Source: an uncultured virus (IMG/VR IMGVR_UViG_3300010399_000007) (lineage: Duplodnaviria > Heunggongvirae > Uroviricota > Caudoviricetes). Taken from it: a stretch of DNA of 64,000 nt. Positions 38,029-48,168 of this stretch are shown piece by piece (positions within the stretch are counted from its first letter, which is position 1; each line of letters starts with the position of its first letter). A program made the translations under genes and the position numbers. Under the pieces are notes generated by a model. It saw only the letters and a program-made list of their open reading frames with translations. It did not search any database and was not told the DNA's origin. The stretch lies in the IMG/VR virus record IMGVR_UViG_3300010399_000007; one strand, 5' to 3'.

Positions 38029-38421
38029 TCATGAAAATCCTTGCGTGGGAGCTGCTGACACTCTGCGCTGTCGGAATTGTCGGTTTAGGCGCACGCCAAC
38101 GGATGCTACAGTGGTGCGCAGCCGTTGCAGTAGTGCTCGGGCTTCTCATCTGTCTCACTCTCGCAATTGGAGTTGCACTGCTGTGAAGATCGTTGAACAC
38201 GTTGGAATGCCAGAAATAGGCGTGTGCCTTTGTGATGCGCCGTTCGGGGAAGTAGTGCGTCTGACCAAAGGCGGCGAGGCGTTCTACATTGTCACATCGC
38301 CGATGGATGGCACTGGTCGCAAAGTGCTCGTGACTCTGGGCGGCGGCTCGCTAAAAGAGTTTCAGCCGAACACTCGCGTAGTTCCGATGAACGCTGAACT
38401 GCATGTGTTTGGAGTGAAGAA

Positions 38422-38727
38422 ATGAACCGCAGAAACTTCTTTCGATTCCTCGGCGGCGCGGCTGTGGCGGTCGCAGTCGCGCCGTTTGTGGCAGAAGCGC
38501 CAAAATTGCTGAGCGGCCAGCTCGGGTCGTATGAGGGCATCAGAATCTACGAACCGTGGCACCACGTTTCAGTGAAAGGAACGTGGCGCGGACCCAAGGC
38601 GAACCTGCACAGCCTGCCGCGCTACGGCGGCGCGCTGAAGGAGAACCTCGTGCAGTCTCAAGTGCGAGATCTCATGTCGAAGGGCGCAAAGTGGGACCAC
38701 CCGCACCGCCTATGGAGTTCTAGATGA
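38422..38727 (+). CDS. Twin-arginine-signal protein carrying capsid- and PolA-like motifs
   Basis: MNRRNFF + hydrophobic stretch; GQLGSYEGIRIYE; YGGALKENLVQSQVRDL. Confidence 0.65.
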   Translation: MNRRNFFRFLGGAAVAVAVAPFVAEAPKLLSGQLGSYEGIRIYEPWHHVSVKGTWRGPKANLHSLPRYGGALKENLVQSQVRDLMSKGAKWDHPHRLWSSR

Positions 38728-39198
38728 GCAAACGCGACTACGAGATCGAGCAGCGGAAGAAGCGCCAGAAGAAGCGACGGAAAGATCAGCGCGCGGCACG
38801 CAAAGAGCGCGTCGCGCAGAAGCACAGTTCGCTAATGCGGGAGGAACCGAGCAATGACTGAGTTCAAAGATGCGTGGAACGAAGCGCAGCAGCTCTACGA
38901 GCTGGTATGCACTAAGGGTGCTGTCATGAGTCAGGAAACACAGATGCTCGTAGCGACCCAACTCTTCTGTGCGTACCGCATCACGCAAGCCATTGAGAGT
39001 GTTGGCGTGGATGTTCAAGCCGTAGAGTTCGCGGTGCGTCGGTCATGAAACCGTGTCGAGCACAGTGCTACATATGCATCACGATGTTGCGCGATATCGT
39101 ACGCGGGTGGAGACGCTGTACGTACTTCAAGTTGAATCCTGGCGGTTGGAACCCGCCGTGAAACAGAAGTTGACCTACACTATGCACAAGGAGGTTTT

Positions 39199-39486
39199 AT
39201 GCTGAAGAATTTCGTTTTGGCAGTGACTCTTGCGGTTGCCGGTTTACTCGCCGCGCAGCCGAGCAAAGCTGATCCGGGTCCTGCGGGCCCTGGTTGGTAC
39301 TTTTTCAGTGTCTGTGCGTATTACGGGACACCCGCTTCTTGGCTGTGCTCTTACGGGCCCTTCGCCTACATCGGGCCTTTTACCAGTGAAGCGAGTTGCA
39401 TTTCGACTCTCCAACTGATGATCAACACTCGCAGCCCGTGGGTGACGGACCCGTACGCGCCGAGCAGTTGTTTCCCGATGTACTAA
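39199..39486 (+). CDS. Secreted Cys/aromatic-rich small protein
   Basis: AGGAGG RBS, Sec signal ending SKA, four Cys. Confidence 0.65.
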   Translation: MLKNFVLAVTLAVAGLLAAQPSKADPGPAGPGWYFFSVCAYYGTPASWLCSYGPFAYIGPFTSEASCISTLQLMINTRSPWVTDPYAPSSCFPMY

Positions 39487-39512
39487 CCACACCAGCGCGG
39501 GCGGAGTAAAAC

Positions 39513-39857
39513 ATGAAGCGTCTGATTTTAGCGATCTTTCTCGCGCCCGCGCTGGCCTTGGCGGCGAAAACGCCAGTGGAGTGGACGGCGCCAGTAACCA
39601 ACACGGACGGCTCGCCACTCACCGATCTGGATCACTACCGACTCACCTGGAAAGCCTGCGGCTCAGCTTCAGTGCAGTCAGTCACCACAAAAGACCGCAA
39701 GTACACGGTAGTTACCAGCGGAATCGCCAAACTGTGCATCAACGTCTACGCCGTAAACACGCTGGGAGTAGAATCGCCGCCGTCGAGCACGCTCGTAGTG
39801 AACGTGACGACTCTCGGGAAGCCCACAACGCTTGGGCAACCCGTAACGCTACCTTAG
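39513..39857 (+). CDS. Secreted fibronectin type III protein
   Basis: Signal peptide (ALA-A); WTAP..NTDGS.L.DL..Y.L.W...VYAVN..G.ES..S. Confidence 0.75.
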   Translation: MKRLILAIFLAPALALAAKTPVEWTAPVTNTDGSPLTDLDHYRLTWKACGSASVQSVTTKDRKYTVVTSGIAKLCINVYAVNTLGVESPPSSTLVVNVTTLGKPTTLGQPVTLP

Positions 39858-39866
39858 GAGGTTTCA

Positions 39867-40220
39867 GTGTCAAAGATTGTCGCAGTTAAGGATATTGGTG
39901 TGCCTGTGCCCAGCGGCGCGGTTGCAGCCGGCGCTCTGCTGGTGTGCTACTACGGCTCGAAGGGTTTCACGCCGAGCTACGATCAGGCCGAGCGCCTCTC
40001 GGTGCCGATCAGCTCGCTTGCGGTCGTGCAGGTGAGCGGCACGCCGTACTACAAGTTCCCGCTGAGCAGCTTGTTTCCGTCATCGTTGCCGGACGGTGAT
40101 TACGACTTCTGCTTCACGCTGCAAGAGGGTCAGTCCGAAGGTGACTTCTCGCCGACGGTGACTGAAACGGTGGACCGCACGCCCCCTTTGGCTCTGGGGC
40201 AGCCCGTCGTCTTGTCTTGA
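39867..40220 (+). CDS. Ig/beta-sandwich-like protein
   Basis: AGGAGG RBS; LPDGDYDF.FT......EGD.S; C-terminus similar to the upstream FN3 protein. Confidence 0.5.
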   Translation: MSKIVAVKDIGVPVPSGAVAAGALLVCYYGSKGFTPSYDQAERLSVPISSLAVVQVSGTPYYKFPLSSLFPSSLPDGDYDFCFTLQEGQSEGDFSPTVTETVDRTPPLALGQPVVLS

Positions 40221-40802
40221 TCTTGAGACTACTGATCAGGCTGTTGCAATTGCTTAGGTAACAACAACCCGCCCTCGCTGCGTATGTGCGTGGCTACACC
40301 TCTTGCTGCATAACTGAGCGGCGAGGGCGGACTTCAGGAGACTCTGTGATTACCTTACTCGATAAGGCTATTCTGATAGAGCTGTACTGCATCCCGAATG
40401 TAGCGCGACGCGCGCCGCGAGCGCCGGGCGAGCAACGGTCACTGGATCGACTCTTTAACGCCGGATTGCTGAACGGCGGGCAGGAAGTGACAGAGAAGGG
40501 CAAGGTTCTCTGCGAGGCGATCCGCAATGTGCTGATGCCGGAGCAGAAGTGGGTGATGCCGTGAGCGAAGAAAGTAAAGAAAACATTGCTGGCATGACGG
40601 GGATCGTAATCGCGGTCATGACACTGATTTGGACATTTGCACTGCTGATGCACGCAACGGACTGGCCGGATCAAGCAGCGGGTATCGTGTGGTGGACTAT
40701 GCCATGGTTCCTAACCAGCATCGCGTTGAGTGCGGGAGCAGCATTTGTGATTTTCTTTCTGGTGTTCGGGCTCATCACAACCGCTTTGGATGCGCTCTAA
40801 CC

Positions 40803-41702
40803 ATGAAACCGATGCTCGCCGCGGACATCACGGATGATCTCGACAAGCTGAGATTCCCGTGCTATGCAACACCGAAGCTCGACGGTATTCGAGCACTGAT
40901 ATTCCCTGACGGCGTGCGGAGCCGTTCACTGAAAGCCATTCCGCACGCGATCACGCAAGGCGCGTTCAGGGAACCGGAGCTGGTCGGGTTGGACGGCGAG
41001 CTTATCGTCGGCAGCCCGACCGCTCCGGACGTGTATCGGCGCACACAGAGCACGGTGTCGACGAAGGATCACCCGGACATCGCGAAGCTGTACGTGTTTG
41101 ATGCGTACGACCCGATCAGCCACGAGATGTGGAGCTACTCAGAGCGCCGCGATTATTTTCGCGAGAGCGTGCTTGACGCCTGCAACCAGCATGTTGTGAT
41201 CGTGCCGTCGTTGAAGTGCGTTGACATGGATGAGCTGCTTGAAGCTGAAGCGGGATTTCTTAACGCAGGCTATGAAGGTCTCATCACGCGATGTCCGCAA
41301 GCGCTCTACAAGTACGGCCGCTCGACGATCAAAGAGCAGGGCATGCTGAAACTGAAGCGCTTCGTCGATGGCGAGGCGGAGATCATCGCCATGGAGGAGG
41401 AGCTGCACAATGCGAACGAAGCGAAAACTAATCAACTCGGCCGCACAGAGCGTTCCTCGCACAAGGCAAACCTCCACGGCAAAGGGTCAATGGGCGCTCT
41501 TGTCGTACGCGATCTTGTCTCTAAGGTCGAATTCCGCATCGGCACCGGGTTCACAGCGGACGACCGGAATTCGTTTTGGCGCGAACGGGACACGCATCTG
41601 CATCGGAACACGGTAGTGAAGTACAAGCACTTCGCTCACGGAGCGAAAGATAAACCGCGGCACCCGAAGTACGTGGGGCTGCGCGAGGAGTTCGATCGAT
41701 GA
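40803..41702 (+). CDS. lig: ATP-dependent DNA ligase
   Basis: KPMLA, motif I PKLDGIR, LDGEL, YVFD, GYEGLI.R, LKLKRF, IGTGF. Confidence 0.95.
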   Translation: MKPMLAADITDDLDKLRFPCYATPKLDGIRALIFPDGVRSRSLKAIPHAITQGAFREPELVGLDGELIVGSPTAPDVYRRTQSTVSTKDHPDIAKLYVFDAYDPISHEMWSYSERRDYFRESVLDACNQHVVIVPSLKCVDMDELLEAEAGFLNAGYEGLITRCPQALYKYGRSTIKEQGMLKLKRFVDGEAEIIAMEEELHNANEAKTNQLGRTERSSHKANLHGKGSMGALVVRDLVSKVEFRIGTGFTADDRNSFWRERDTHLHRNTVVKYKHFAHGAKDKPRHPKYVGLREEFDR

Positions 41703-41956
41703 AGACGCAGCGAGACGAACGACACACAGCGCCACGGCATTACTACAACGAGACTGACCCACATCGGCAAGGCCGTCTTATTGAATGGCATGTGCCAGGA
41801 GAAGTGCCTGCACTTACAGAATGGCACACACCGGAATGCCAAACTGCGTACAGAGACGCGCTAGGAAGAGCTTTCGATGCAGGTGGCGGAATCATCAGAA
41901 GCTGCACCTGTGACGGACCGCCTGCGCCGCCTTCAATCACTTTCGGGAGCCCGTGA
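41699..41956 (+). CDS. Small hypothetical protein ending in a tail-fibre-like motif
   Basis: ATGA-coupled to ligase; C-terminal DGPPAPPSITFGSP. Confidence 0.55.
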   Translation: MKTQRDERHTAPRHYYNETDPHRQGRLIEWHVPGEVPALTEWHTPECQTAYRDALGRAFDAGGGIIRSCTCDGPPAPPSITFGSP

Positions 41957-42387
41957 TGACGCTTGTAGCTGCATTCGACATTGACGGCACGATTGCCAAT
42001 AACAATCACCGCGAGCATCTGGCGAAAACAAAGCAGTGGGATGAGTTCCACGCTCTTGCGCACGCGGATAAGCCGTTGCAGGCCACGGTAGCAGTGCTCG
42101 ACGCGCTGCATGATCAGGGACATCGTGTGGAACTCTGGACGGCGCGACCGGAGAAGTACCGCCAAGACACAGAAGCGTGGCTGCAAAAACACCGCATTCG
42201 ATACAGCAAGCTTCTCATGCGCTCTGACAACGACTGGCGTAATGCGTACATCGTCAAGCTGGAGTGGTATTTTAAAGCCAGTCCGCGCCCTCATCTTGTG
42301 TTCGAGGACCACCCGGAGACCACGCGACTGCTGCGCGCCGCTGGCGCGTGTGTCCACCAAGTCGCAGAAGGACACTATACAACATGA
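41956..42387 (+). CDS. HAD phosphatase (polynucleotide 3'-phosphatase-like domain)
   Basis: FDIDGT, WTARPE, LLMR..ND.R, VFED motifs. Confidence 0.85.
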   Translation: MTLVAAFDIDGTIANNNHREHLAKTKQWDEFHALAHADKPLQATVAVLDALHDQGHRVELWTARPEKYRQDTEAWLQKHRIRYSKLLMRSDNDWRNAYIVKLEWYFKASPRPHLVFEDHPETTRLLRAAGACVHQVAEGHYTT

Positions 42388-42623
42388 AGAAGCAAGAAAA
42401 GTTCTACACCATCGGAGTGCGGTTCGCTCGCGGCCCGGACAAGATTTACACCTACAAAGTGCGCAAGGGCGCGAAGGTGCATCTCGGACAAGAGCTGGTC
42501 GTTGACACACCGTTTGGCACAACGCTCGTGTTCGTAGTGCGCATCGACAAGACGCCACAGAAGCCTGAAGAAGATAGATTTATCGTGCTCAAGTACATAG
42601 AGAAGAAAGTGGTGGCACTGTGA
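42384..42623 (+). CDS. Small beta-barrel hypothetical protein
   Basis: V.F....K.YTY.......G..VVV.TP.G pattern. Confidence 0.55.
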   Translation: MKKQEKFYTIGVRFARGPDKIYTYKVRKGAKVHLGQELVVDTPFGTTLVFVVRIDKTPQKPEEDRFIVLKYIEKKVVAL

Positions 42624-42972
42624 CGTTTTCAATTCCGTTAGTTGACGCCGACAAAGAGACGCAAGCACTCGCTGCTGCCGTTTTCCTAATGGAGCAACTC
42701 GCTTTGGATCGTGACCAGCAAGCACGCATCGCGGAGTACATCAATCAGCGGTACGGAGCTTTCAATGCCGCTCCCTGAAGACCCTATTGCGTTGCTGCGC
42801 GAAGCCCGCCGTGACTGGATCAAAGACACGTGGTGGGATTGCGATCAGTACGGCGGCGTTGAGGTGCCGACAGGCGAAGCCATGCGCGCGTTCGGTGCCC
42901 GTATCGACGCCGCGCTGAAAGAGGACGACCGACGCTTCGGCCAGCCTAACCACGGTCACGACGGAGGCTGAA

Positions 42973-45537
42973 TTGTCAGAGCCGAAGTTGATTGTGAGCC
43001 TTGGCGGCGCGCATCAGGCGAGCATTTCCGAGGTGAAGGCCCTCACGTGGCGAGAGTACGTTGCCTACCTCGCACACGACATCCGTGCCACTGACGACAA
43101 AGCCGCTCGCGGCTGGAGCATCCCGGCAAAATTCGATCCGGTGTACCGAGATTCAGACAATTTCATTGCACGTTACGCGCTCACATTTGACTACGATCAC
43201 ATCGATGAACTAGACCTTGCGGTGATTCGCAAGGCGTACGAGCCGTACACATACTTCGCGTACACAACGTGGAGCCACAGTGTCGAGGCGCCGCGTTGGC
43301 GCTTCGTGTTTCCGCTGACGCGCGCGGTCACGTATGACGAGTTTCAGGCGGTCAGTCGCAAGATTGCGAGCTTCGCCGGCATCGAGTTGACAAGCCGCGA
43401 GACTCATGTGCCAGCGCAGATGATGTACCTGCCGACACTCAAGGCTGACAGCGTTCTCGACACCGAGGACAACGAAGCTGCGTGGATCGACCCTGACACA
43501 GTCCTCGCGATGTACGAGGACTGGACCGACCGCGAGCAGTGGCCGAAGCGCACAGAAGGCGACGGCGTGCAGCATCACGGCAAGGCCGAGGACCCGCGCA
43601 CCAAACCCGGAATCATAGGAGCATTCTGTCGTGCATTTTCCATCTACGACGCCATTGAGCGGTTTGGACTGCCTTATGAGCGCACTGCTACTGACGGCCG
43701 CCTTACTTTCACTCGTGGATCAAGACCAGAAGGCGCGATTGTTTATGACGATGCGACGAAGCTTCATTCACATCACGACACTGATCCCGCGCGCGGCCAG
43801 ACCAATTCCTTTGACCTCGTGCGTCTCCATCGTTTTGCTGAGCTTGATCGCAGTGTGGCTGCTGACACTCCCATCACGCAGCGGCCTTCTTTCAAAGCCA
43901 TGGTCCAGCTTTGCGCCGAACAACCCGAAGTGGCCGAAGCCACTGCCACTGATGATTTCGAGGACCTTGGCGACCTCACGTCGGAAGAAGTCGCAGCCGT
44001 CGTTGAAGAGAAAGCCAAAGGACCCGTCAGAATTGTCCTCACGCCCGCGCGGCCGGTGGAGTCAGCACTTGAAGCGTTGCTTGGCGCATTACGAATTCAC
44101 GGCCCGTCGATGGGCCTTGTCGTCTACGGGAACCGGCTGGTATGGGCTGTCGAATGCAACCGCAAGAGCTTCAACGAAGCGGAGACCACAACGCTTGAGT
44201 TGCGACAAATCAGCGGGTCGGAACTGTTGCCGATCTGGCACGGCCGCATCGGGTTCTTTGTGCGACAAAAGGAGTCCGATCCGAAACGTGTTGACTGCCC
44301 GGTTCCGCTGGCCAACGCTGCTGTAACCCGCTCCGATCAGCTCGGTGAGATCGCGGTTGACCGGATAGCCTGCACGCCGGTCTATTCAGACGGCAAGCTT
44401 CACGCCGATCACGGATACCTGAGCCAGTTCCGCGCTTGGGTGCTCGCACCAGAAGGAGTGGTTATCCACGGCACCTCCAGGGCCGACGCGGAGCGCGCCC
44501 TGGCGCGCGTAGATGATTGGCTAGCCGAGTTCCCGTTCGACACTCAGTCAGACCGCGATGTAGCGCTGGCGGCGCTCCTGACGGCTGCCATGCGGGCTAG
44601 CCTGCCTCACGCGCCGGGCTTCGTGGTGTCAAAGCCGGATTACGGCAGCGGCGCCAGCACCCTATGCGACCTGATTCACATAACGCTCACCGGACGCCCC
44701 TCGGCGGTGATCAACGCGAGCGTCGGCCGGCAGGAGGTTGAAAAGAACCTTGACAGTGCCCAGCTTGCCGGGTTATCGGCGCTCGTGATCGACAACGTGG
44801 TCGACGGCGAGACTTTCAACAGCATCGCGCTCGCGCAGGTGCTGAGCCAGCCCGCACGACAGATTCGCATCTTGGGCAAGTCGGAGGTGATTAGCGCGCC
44901 GTGCATGCAGATGGTGCTGGTGAATGGCAACAACATACGAATTGGCGACGACTTGGTCAGGCGATTCATGCGCATCCACCTCGATCCACGATGTGAGAGT
45001 CCTCACCGACGACAATTCAAACGACCCGACCTCATTGCCCAAGCGCAAGCCGAACGGGCTGAGCTGCTGAGCGACCTGTACACGATAGTTGCAGCCTACC
45101 AAGCCTCAGAGCGTGCGCCGACTCCACAGCTTGCGGGTTTTCAAGAATGGAGCCGCATGGTCGCGGAGCCGCTTGTGTGGCTCGGACGCTCGAACCCGAT
45201 TGACTCTCAGCGCGCGATCGAGAAGGAAGACGACAAGCGTGGCGGTTTGAACGGCGCCATGCGCTGTTGGGCGAACTTGTTTGGCGATCGTGCGGTCTCA
45301 TTGCATGAGGCTCTAGACATGGACCTCGACAACGACACGAAGCGTGAATTGGGCGAGATCCTGAATGACCTTGCCGGTGACCGGCAGGGCATGAGCCCGA
45401 AGAAGCTCGCGAAGTGGCTGCGCGGCGTGGCCGGGCGAGTGATCGGCGGCACCGCATTTGAGGAAGCAGGCGTTGCGCCTGGAGGATTAAAACTGTGGCG
45501 CCTGCGCGGCGCCAAGCCAGAATGGCTGGAGGACTGA
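42973..45537 (+). CDS. Primase (AEP-like)-helicase fusion
   Basis: LTFDYD, YTT.SH...PRWR.VFPL, HSHH.TDP; C-terminal SF3-like P-loop (YGSGAST), VIDNV, NGNN. Confidence 0.8.
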   Translation: MSEPKLIVSLGGAHQASISEVKALTWREYVAYLAHDIRATDDKAARGWSIPAKFDPVYRDSDNFIARYALTFDYDHIDELDLAVIRKAYEPYTYFAYTTWSHSVEAPRWRFVFPLTRAVTYDEFQAVSRKIASFAGIELTSRETHVPAQMMYLPTLKADSVLDTEDNEAAWIDPDTVLAMYEDWTDREQWPKRTEGDGVQHHGKAEDPRTKPGIIGAFCRAFSIYDAIERFGLPYERTATDGRLTFTRGSRPEGAIVYDDATKLHSHHDTDPARGQTNSFDLVRLHRFAELDRSVAADTPITQRPSFKAMVQLCAEQPEVAEATATDDFEDLGDLTSEEVAAVVEEKAKGPVRIVLTPARPVESALEALLGALRIHGPSMGLVVYGNRLVWAVECNRKSFNEAETTTLELRQISGSELLPIWHGRIGFFVRQKESDPKRVDCPVPLANAAVTRSDQLGEIAVDRIACTPVYSDGKLHADHGYLSQFRAWVLAPEGVVIHGTSRADAERALARVDDWLAEFPFDTQSDRDVALAALLTAAMRASLPHAPGFVVSKPDYGSGASTLCDLIHITLTGRPSAVINASVGRQEVEKNLDSAQLAGLSALVIDNVVDGETFNSIALAQVLSQPARQIRILGKSEVISAPCMQMVLVNGNNIRIGDDLVRRFMRIHLDPRCESPHRRQFKRPDLIAQAQAERAELLSDLYTIVAAYQASERAPTPQLAGFQEWSRMVAEPLVWLGRSNPIDSQRAIEKEDDKRGGLNGAMRCWANLFGDRAVSLHEALDMDLDNDTKRELGEILNDLAGDRQGMSPKKLAKWLRGVAGRVIGGTAFEEAGVAPGGLKLWRLRGAKPEWLED

Positions 45538-45726
45538 ATGCCCCTGTACGAATATGAATGCACCAACTGTCCCACGACAGTTGAGGAAGAGCGAACAATG
45601 GAAGCACGCCGCGAGATGGCGACGTGTCAGGAATGCGGCTGTGCGATGGAACTTGTTATCGCGCCTGTCGCCGGATACATGAAAGGCGGGCCTACAGTGC
45701 CCTCAACATCGAGGAGACGTAAGTGA
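45538..45726 (+). CDS. FmdB-family zinc ribbon protein
   Basis: MPLYEYECTNC...CQECG. Confidence 0.85.
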   Translation: MPLYEYECTNCPTTVEEERTMEARREMATCQECGCAMELVIAPVAGYMKGGPTVPSTSRRRK

Positions 45727-46330
45727 AGAAGACAGAGTCAACACCGTTCCTGCTCATCGAGGACGGCAAGATCGAAGCGTACGGCCAGCTTGTTGGTCGC
45801 CCAGTCTCAGAAGGTTTTTTCTTGGTACAGTTCGAAGGACCCGGTGCCCGTCACGGTCGCATCGTTGCGGCGCCTGAGCTGACGCGGTTCACTCTGTTCG
45901 CCAGCAACGCGGATCGTGAAGCCTTCGTAAATCCGCCGAAATCAGTTGACACGGCAACTCCGACGCCTCCAGAATTGCCGCAAGTTCCTGGCGGGAACTC
46001 TCAAGGAGATAATGCTGAATGAGTAAATACTGGACCGTCGCCGAGCGAGACCCTGAGGGCCCGGCTCGCCCATTCTACGCCTGCGCTCCCAGCGCAGAAG
46101 AAGCCAAGTCCAAAGTTGAGCAGCTCACAGGACCGCTCCACCCCAAGTACATCAAAATCGAAGAGACGACCGCGGACACAATCCCTGAGGGGGAGGACTG
46201 GCTGTGAACCGCATCGCCATTTGGCTTGGACTCGTCGCGCTTGGGTGGGTCGCCTTTGGCGCTTTCGTGTGGGCGATATATCAAGTTTGCAGGACTATCA
46301 AGCTCATCGGGCTTCTGTAAAGGAGATTCT

Positions 46331-46630
46331 ATGCGTTTACCCTCTCCCGGTTTCACACTCTTCATTTCCGTCCTTGCACTGACTTTTGCTGTGGGTGCAG
46401 CTCTTCACGCGGAAGAAACGCCCGAGGTGGCATCTGGCCTTGTCATCAGTCAATGCGGCAAGACCACTGGTCTGATTCTCGTAGATCCGCATGGCGTTCT
46501 GCATCCAGTTGACCCGGCCGTGCTGCAGGACAACCAGAGCTTGCTTGACACATTGCTTGCCAAGATTCCCGCGGGCAAAGGACTCACCGTAACTGTGGCC
46601 TGCGTCAAAGAAAGCGGCAAGATCATCTAA
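46331..46630 (+). CDS. Secreted/membrane-anchored small protein
   Basis: AAGGAG RBS; N-terminal signal ending ALHA; two Cys. Confidence 0.55.
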   Translation: MRLPSPGFTLFISVLALTFAVGAALHAEETPEVASGLVISQCGKTTGLILVDPHGVLHPVDPAVLQDNQSLLDTLLAKIPAGKGLTVTVACVKESGKII

Positions 46631-47799
46631 TGGCTGCACGTCCGAATTCTCCCGAAGAGCTTCAGCAAGCAGTCGACGCTGTTGCGGAGCACAAGAGTTA
46701 CACTGCGGCTGCAGCCGCTCTCAAGATGCCGATCAACACACTCCGCTCTAGATGGGTTGCCGCGCGCAAGCGGGGCTTCACGTCTGAGGTTGCGAAGCGC
46801 ATTCGCGAGCAGCAAGGCGACAATCCCACAGTAGAAATGCACCCTGCAGTAGACGGGTATCTCGTCAAAGGCACCTCGACGCTGCTGGATGAGAACGGCA
46901 ACGCGAAACTGCAGTGGGTGAAAACAGCCATCGATCCGGACAAATTCCGTGCGATGGTCGAAGCGGCATGTAGAGCTGCCGCTGAAGAAGTCAAGCCGCT
47001 CGAAGAGATCAAAGCGCCCGAGCGCTGTGAGAGTGAGCTGCTGACGCAGTACACGATCACGGACTACCACATGGGTATGTTGGCTTGGGGGCGAGAGACA
47101 GGCGCCCCATGGGACCTCACCATTGCAGAGCGCGTACTCATGACTGTGATGGACCAGATGATAGACGCTGCGCCAGCTTCGGAAACCGGTCTGCTGGCGC
47201 AGCTCGGAGACTTCCTGCATTTCGATTCGATGAAACCGATCACGCCGGAGCACGGACATCTCCTCGATGCGGATAGCCGCTACCAAAAAGTTGTCGAGGT
47301 CACGGTGCGAGTGCTCCGGCATGTTACCCGCCGCTTGCTGATGAAGCACCAGAAGGTGATCGTCGGCATGTACGAGGGCAACCACGATCCGTCGGGCTCG
47401 ATCTGGTTGCGTGTGCTGTTCGGCTGCCTGTTCGAAGAGAACCCACGCGTTCTCGTTGAGAAGAGCCCACGTCCGTACATCGCATACCAGCACGGCAAGA
47501 CGATGCTCGGGTTCCACCATGGGCACTTGACGAAGATGACGAACCTGCCGCTGCTATTTGCCGCGATGTTCCCTGAGATGTGGGGCGCGACTACGAAGCG
47601 GTACATTCACACCGGACACAAGCATCACGTCGACGAGAAAGAGCACCCTGGCGTCAAGGTGATTCAACATGCAACGCTTGCCGCGCCAGACGCGTACGCC
47701 GCTCGCGGCGGCTGGATGTCAGAACGGCAAGCCGTGTCGATGACCTACCACAAAGAGGCTGGCGAGATCATTCGCAGCACCTTTCTACCACCGGAGTAA
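46630..47799 (+). CDS. HTH + calcineurin-like metallophosphoesterase
   Basis: TDYHMG, GDFLHFD, EGNHD, HHGH, TGHKHH; N-terminal YTAAAAALKMPINTLRSR HTH. Confidence 0.85.
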   Translation: MAARPNSPEELQQAVDAVAEHKSYTAAAAALKMPINTLRSRWVAARKRGFTSEVAKRIREQQGDNPTVEMHPAVDGYLVKGTSTLLDENGNAKLQWVKTAIDPDKFRAMVEAACRAAAEEVKPLEEIKAPERCESELLTQYTITDYHMGMLAWGRETGAPWDLTIAERVLMTVMDQMIDAAPASETGLLAQLGDFLHFDSMKPITPEHGHLLDADSRYQKVVEVTVRVLRHVTRRLLMKHQKVIVGMYEGNHDPSGSIWLRVLFGCLFEENPRVLVEKSPRPYIAYQHGKTMLGFHHGHLTKMTNLPLLFAAMFPEMWGATTKRYIHTGHKHHVDEKEHPGVKVIQHATLAAPDAYAARGGWMSERQAVSMTYHKEAGEIIRSTFLPPE

Positions 47800-48168
47800 C
47801 CATGGACCTTGAGGAAGCACAACGGCAGTCGCAGGAGGTTGCCAAGACGCTTGACGCAGCAATCACAGAGCTGTCGGACAAGTACGACATCAATATCATC
47901 ATCTCGATCATGCTGGGCCGTTCGGTCGGTCTTGCGAAGATGCAGCGCGAAAGCGGCGTGATGGATCGCGACGACGCGATTATGTGGTTCGGCACTGCGC
48001 TGGCCGAGGCAACTCAGCCGTTGCCGCCCGCACCGGAGACAGAGCATTGATCCGCTGGTTCGCGAATCTGTTTCGAGAAAAGCCGCTGCCGCCGCCGGAT
48101 GAACGCTGTGTCGTGCGCACGCGGACGTACTACGCCACCCACTGGACCAAGATACACGGAGTGAACAC

